The position numbers and the translations under genes were made by a program. Of a DNA stretch of 64,000 nt, positions 57,162 to 64,000 are shown piece after piece; position 1 is the first letter of the stretch, and each line of letters starts with the position of its first letter. Under the pieces are notes generated by a model that saw only the letters and a list, made by a program, of their open reading frames with translations, made no database searches and was not told the origin of the DNA. Where the stretch lies: the NCBI GenBank assembly GCA_964016885.1, contig OZ024745.1, forward strand, positions 34,534,001 through 34,598,000, in the 5' to 3' direction. Origin of the DNA: Eledone cirrhosa (taxonomy: Eukaryota).

Positions 57162-60100
57162 TGTGAGTGTTTGTTGTTGTTCAGTTCCAGGTCAGATTTG
57201 ATCAAACTGTACTGTGATAAAAAACCAGACAGATCACTACCATTAAGTCAACTAGGCAGCGACTTAGGATGCAAACCTCAGTGAAACACATTACCGAACC
57301 TTATGCGATTATACATAGTTGCTTAATTAAGCTATATAATTTCCTAACACTAATAGGAACTAGGTTTATCAGTCTGCCCAAATTTGAGTTGAAGTTACTG
57401 TATGTGGGAGGATGAGACACACACGTGGGAGAAGAGAGCACACATTGCATATATAGTTCAGGGCGCTAAATACGCAGGTGATGTCCATGATCAATCTTCT
57501 TATTCGTCTTCCAATGTCTCAAGGATCACTTCATCGAATGTAACCTTTTCTGAAGATAGTAGGACATGATTTGAGGAGGATTTGGTTGCTAATTATAGCA
57601 GATTGAATGGAGGCTAAGGGACTCCTCAGATGACTAATTATGCGTTTGTAACTTGTGATTGACTGTGCATTATCAATTTCAGTTTTAACTCAAATTAGAC
57701 ATCGATCAAATTTCAGCTCACGGAAACATCAGACCATAAACGTATTGAACTTGACTTTAGGTTTTATGGTGTGGACGCAGCATGACCGAATTATTAGGTC
57801 CAGGTTTCGATCCCACTGTATGGAATTCTGAGTAAATGCAATTTACCATAGGCTCAGTTCATTCCATGCACTGAATGAAATAGTGTAGATACAAACTGTT
57901 TGGAATCTCGATGGATAGATAGTATCTGTAATCCAAAGGGCTAGCCATGCCGCACTATGTCACGCTGAATATCACTGAGAATTACGTTAAAAGTACACAT
58001 GAATGTGGATTGCTCAGTAACTGACATTAATTGTTCCTTTGATCGAAACTGGAATACCAATCGTCCAATTTTTATAGCAGGAATGCTTGCTAGTCATTTT
58101 TTAAGGATTTAAAATTTCGATGAAAAATTAATTAGCTAAAGCACTTCTTTAATTATCTAATCAATTTAAGGATTATCGCAGGAATTCAATAAGAGGGATA
58201 CAAAACATGATTTAAGAGAAGCATGTTCTGACATAATTAAATTTAATTCTCGATAATTTATTTTAACTACCCGACATCAAAATGAATATATATACTCAGC
58301 CGAATATTTTGGACCACCGTCGAAACCGATGGCGAGTGTTTCTGAATAGCCGATCACACTTCTCGCGAACTTAATGCACAAATGGGTAAGCATGTCACAA
58401 AGAAGCGTAACCTTTATGTATTTTTCAGAATGATTCAATGTAACAGGGCGTGTGGCATGTCTGGCCCTTCGAACAACTGGTACACTTCATTTTTTTACCA
58501 GTTGAAATGATCTGAGAAACGAAAAATTAGGTGCCTTGCTCATGAAAACATCGTTCCACTGGGTATCGAACTCACGACCATATGATCATGATTCGAACAC
58601 CCTTAGCACTAAGCCACTTACCGTAACAGTGAAACATAATTCATATGTTAGGTAACGCTCTCCAATTTTTTTATGTGACAAAACTATTACGAACAAAACT
58701 CATGTTGCAATCGCAGGCAAACCTTCATTATACAGCCTATTTCTTCCAGAGAAGGAGAATGCGCGCTAGGAAATAAAAAGAAATAGAGGAAGAACCTGTC
58801 TGAATACTGGTGTGGTACTTTATTTGACAACCTTGAATGGATGAAAGGCAAAGTTGATCTCGACGGCTTTTGAACTTGGAACGAAATGAGTCGGAATAAA
58901 TAATGAAGCGTTTAATCCAACGCGTTAATGACTACCAATTCGCCGCCTTAAATAAAGTTCATACAGGAATCATAAAACAGGAATTGATATGGATATGTTT
59001 TAATAGGTTTCTACGAGTTACGTTGCTATATCTGTAGGACACAGTTTCCATGTAGATACACATGAGCCATGATCGGTGGATTAGTGGAATTTGTTAAAAG
59101 GTCGGATGTGATGGTTTGCGATATCTGATTCAGCTCAGGGCATTCTGAATACACAATCTTGCCTCATGTCACTAGAGAAATGATGACGCTTCTGCCTGGA
59201 ATTGTGGCCGATGTATTGATAATGAAAAGAGCAATGGAACGCTCATCAAAGAAACCGGTGGAGGTTCATTCCATTCCATTGCATAACATGATAACAAACA
59301 ATAATAACATTGTATTGAAGCGAAGTTAGTTAAATGGGAAATAAATTCAACAACAAAATACCTATTATTTTCGCTTTAAATTGATGTACACATTAAAAGT
59401 TTTGTATACATAACAAAAAGTAATTATGTATACATCTCACAAAAACTGACAATTTAAAATTAACTTGAAGTTCTAGTCGATATTTTCTGCTAGATATAAC
59501 AAATATTTGGTAAATTGAAAATTCTATTCACTGGCGTGAATATGAATGTTTAAAATAGAAATTTCTACCGAGGCAATTCTGTTTAAATTGTTACTGCAGG
59601 CGTTTCCTGTCATGTTATTAACAATGTGATTTTCAATAACTTTTGATTTGGATCTATGCTGATCTTATTGTTCTGGAAATTCTCTCCTGTCCTGTATAGC
59701 TTTATTGTGAATACTTAACTATTCAATATTCTAATCCATAACGTTGGCCAAGTGAACAAAAGTAAATCATATTTAACTCCTCGATGTCAAATAATTCCTG
59801 CCTGAATTGATAACTAACCAGAAGGCATTATTTCATTTATCAATCATTCTGATGTATTTCTCCCTCCGGTCTCATATGTTAAGTGTCATCCTTCAGGCGC
59901 CTGTCGATGTTATTAAGTTATGTAATATAATAATGCTATGAATATGTATGCGCGTGTATATTTTAGATCTAATATTTTTGGACACATTATATGATAAGAG
60001 AAAGATACGAACATTCATGAGTGTACTAAACCCACTGCACTGTTTATAATTTTGCGAAACGACTTGAATCAGCCTAGACTATACGAGTCCTCTCCCTCAA

Positions 60101-60466
60101 TCGTTGGTTTCTCTAGACATAAACACTCATAAAGTTTCTCTAAGTGTCCATGTGTCAGCTCTTGTAACATATTTACGAAATATATATATTATATCTACTA
60201 TATACTAATACATAATCGAAACATACCTGTTGCTTTCAACAATTTGGCATATTGACAAGGTCCACTACAATTGCTTTATATAAAATTGTCCCATAAGACG
60301 TGAACCAGCTCAGGCTATCCAAGTCTTTTACCTTGATTGTTTTTCATCACTTAAACTTGCCTAAAAATTGTTTCTGTCATGAAATTGTGAATACAGTGAA
60401 ATTGAATGGGAGTTACCCAATCACTATATCCAGACTGCGAGGCACTTATTATATAGTATATCATAA

Positions 60467-60584
60467 TCTGAGTTCAAATCCCGCCGAGGTTGACTTTGCC
60501 TTTCATCCTTACGGGGTCGATAAAATAAAGTACCAGTAATACACTGGGTAATTGCTGGCCTTGTGCCTAAAGTAGAAACAATTA
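60467..60584 (+). mobile_element. 5'-truncated SINE (major family)
   Basis: Matches 31224-31342. Confidence 0.85.
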
Positions 60585-62018
60585 TATAGTATATCATACT
60601 ACTTAGAATCTTCGAAATATTTGCCATACCTCAACCATAAATTTAACTAAATTCTTTTCTGCTACATTGAACTAGAAAGCGTTAAAGCATCGGATTAAAG
60701 ATGCCCCAGTATATATTCCGACTCATTGCCCTTTGAGCTCAAATCCTACCGGGGTCAACATTGTCTTTTATCATTTCAAGATCGATAAATACAGTGACCA
60801 GTCCAGTGTTGGGGTTGTGTCTTCTATTTATTTTATCACTTTCATCATTCTTCATTCTCTCATGCTTTCGCTTTCTTTGGCGAGGAATGGGCTTTGCTGG
60901 GTTTAACATTCCTTTTGTTTCAATTACTGAAGGTGCGTGGCTTAGTTCATTTCTCATTGCCCCGGTATACTCAGTTAAAAATTAGTACAACCAGAAGCTT
61001 CAGCCTAATATTGACATGAACTGACATCCGTCCAGGGTGAGTATGTACTCTCAATCACTTAACGTCAATAAAATCAGGATGAGCTCCAGTCTAATGAATC
61101 TCTGGTTTTGGGACAGGCTTTAATTTAAAAATGTTCAATAACTTTGTTTATGAGGCAGATCTTCAATTTCTAAAATTCCTTTTAATATTCTTGCGGCACT
61201 CACCTTAACTACGTCCTACCTCGTACTGTAGTTTAAACATACTCTGTATTTATCTTCTCATCGCGTAAATAGTGCATTATATATCTATAACACAAGGTGT
61301 TTCAAAAGTTTATAACTATTTCAGTGTATTTATTTCTATTCAAATTATAGATAGTGACATTTGAGATACCCTTATAACTAGCTTAACTAAAAATAATACA
61401 TATATATTCAACTTAAAGGCAACACACACAACAAGAGACCTTACTTATAGCGGACCTAATAATTATCTTAACATCTTCGTAGAAGATGCTTAATTAAACA
61501 GCAGATATTTGATTGCACTTCAGAATAATATTTTGATAATGGAGGAAAATTCGACAAACGTGTTAAGCAGATTCTGAAGCGAAATTAGTGGTTGTAAGCC
61601 ATCAACGGACGTGAATGATCGTCACACAGGATACTTACTTTCCAACATTTTTCGAGTAAACTTAGTAATTTTAATGCTTCGAATAAACGACAACCAGCAA
61701 GATAATAATATATAAACATAGGGTAAATAGTGATTGAATTGAAAGAAGCGAATAGTAAGTCATCGGAGCGGTGGGTTAAAATGCCGCGGTATTTGTTTCG
61801 GCTGATAGTGATCTGAGTTCAAATCCCGTGGTGGTCAACTTTGAGTTTTATCCCTTCGAGATCGATAAATAAAGAACTAGTCCAGTATTGAGGTCGAATC
61901 CTTCTCTCTCGCTAACTTGTGTAAAAGAGAAACGATATATATTAATAGTCTTTCACTATAAACAATAGTAGAGAAAACTATATAAAGTACACCAGGAAAC
62001 AGGAAAAGTATGTATATG

Positions 62019-62077
<59 letters not shown>

Positions 62078-62191
62078 CCAAAATGGGTGACTGAATACGC
62101 AAGTGGTTTGTCCCCCTTTTCTCGTTATTTTCTCCGTTCCTTCCTCTTCTCACTTTTTCGCTTTCTATTTTTATATCTTTTTCTAACTTTA

Positions 62192-62226
62192 TCTTCTGAG
62201 GAAGCATAGTGTTCGAAACTTTAAGA
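62192..62226 (+). ncRNA. Degenerate minimal hammerhead in a mini-element at ~62080-62260
   Basis: UCUU-CUGAGGA-AGCA(UAG)UGUU-C-GAAA-CU-UU-AAGA. Confidence 0.5.
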
Positions 62227-62372
62227 CTCTTTTCCTGTTATTTCAAGCATTAAACTAATATATTTCTTCGATGTACTGTGTCGTTTGCTTTGTTACTTCT
62301 GTACACGTTTTGCAAACACACACGCACGCGCACCCGCACGCACACACACACGCGCGCACATACACACACACA

Positions 62373-62469
<97 letters not shown>

Positions 62470-62563
62470 AAGGAATTGTGGCCAGGAACCAGATGGACCA
62501 TAACGCACCAGAGTACTCAATACGCCAGAACAAAGGAGAGACACACAAAAAAAAGAATCCCCA

Positions 62564-62606
62564 GTCACTGAAGAGGTCACAGAATGTGTGACGAAAGAAC
62601 TTTGAC
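62564..62606 (+). ncRNA. Minimal type-I hammerhead (Neptune-like family 3' end, ~62467-62775)
   Basis: GUCA-CUGAAGA-G-GUCAC(AGAAUGU)GUGAC-GAAA-GAAC-UU-UGAC. A decayed homolog is at 23334-23376. Confidence 0.8.
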
Positions 62607-63023
62607 AATATATGAACAACCGTCCGGTTGTGGAACCAACCAACCAACCAACAGGAAATTTATAAAAAAAATATTTTTAATTAAAAAAAAATTCTTTTTA
62701 ATTTATAATAAATTGGAGTGAAAGCAACTGGTGCGTGTGTTTCTTATTGGTAACATGACCCTCCCAAAGTATAACAATATCGGTTTCAACACACGTTTTC
62801 AGATAAAGAATCTTGCTAAACAAATTCAGAAACGATATATATATATATATAGTTAGGGAAGCAGAAAATTGCACTTACCAATGAAACGGTCGTAAATACC
62901 TGGATAAAATCCTTCTTTTTATGCTTACCTGTGTTTTATACTATATATATATATATATACATTTACATATATATATATATGCACGCATACACTCAGGCGC
63001 AGACACACAAATATATATACATA

Positions 63024-63204
<181 letters not shown>

Positions 63205-64000
63205 GCGCGCGTGCGTGTAAATACGCTACAAAATGTAAAATCCTGAGCCGCGTATTCTGCAATATGTCTTTTAACTCCAGTTTCAATTATTTCTCATTCT
63301 CTATCAGCCTCTATCAATACATTTCATAAAGATTAGGAGCGCCGTAGTTCTAATTAATCCTTATCTGAAATTTACAGAACTAATCTTCTAAAGTTACTAT
63401 CATTATATAGTTCTATAAAGTTGATGTGTTATAAGTTTATGAAGCTAATAACTTAATTTTGATGAGGTTATTAATTTGTAGTTTATTTGGCTAATGATCA
63501 GGCGTTTGGAATGCGGGGATTTAGCAGAGTCATTAGTGGAATACTATGTATTGATAGTGTGCTTTATAAATTTACAAAATATTATTGCTTTCTTATTTAT
63601 TTGATCCACTAAGGGCTCAAGAGATTTTGTGGAATTCTGCAAAATTTGTGAATTGTATAATTTAAATCGATACATATAAAATTTGACGAATAGAAGAGCG
63701 AATAGAAGATGTTGAATTAATTCTAAGAAATTACGAATAATCGGCAATTTTTCAGATTTAAGGGTAAAGACATTGAGTTATTTTTTCTTTTCTGTAATCT
63801 CAGGAAATACAACCTTAATAAGGGCAGTTTTCTCAGGAAATACAACCTTAATGGAGGCAGTTTTCCAACTCCACCCTCAACGTAAACACTATTAAATAAC
63901 ATCGTTATAGAAATCATATTAAATATTCCCATATAATTGAACCACCCTCCATCCACATTAGATAATATTATGAAGAACATTAGCATTCGTTTGTTCAACA

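Overview
AT-rich, microsatellite-dense animal DNA. The SINE families and repeat landscape look like an octopus/coleoid cephalopod genome (inference). The only host coding sequence I can support is one 164-nt internal exon (53887-54050, +) encoding S1-S2 of an HCN (Ih) channel, so the rest is probably very long intron, with a 200-N gap at 44912-45111. The main signal is about 20 type-I hammerhead-ribozyme (HHR) motifs from roughly a dozen unrelated sequence families. Most sit near the 3' end of a Penelope-like element (PLE) or a short non-coding PLE derivative inserted at a (TA)n tract, and many elements carry inverted duplications that form long hairpins. The motifs include canonical cores, a U3-A8 covariant family, a family fixed for a CAGAAGA core, and one with a ~90-nt stem II. 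Also present: GIY-YIG PLE ORF remnants (Naiad-like and Neptune-like), an RTE LINE fragment, a non-autonomous Helitron, a hAT MITE, many tRNA-derived SINEs and minisatellites. Most short ORFs in the track are microsatellite artefacts. All structures were folded by eye and no activity is demonstrated.
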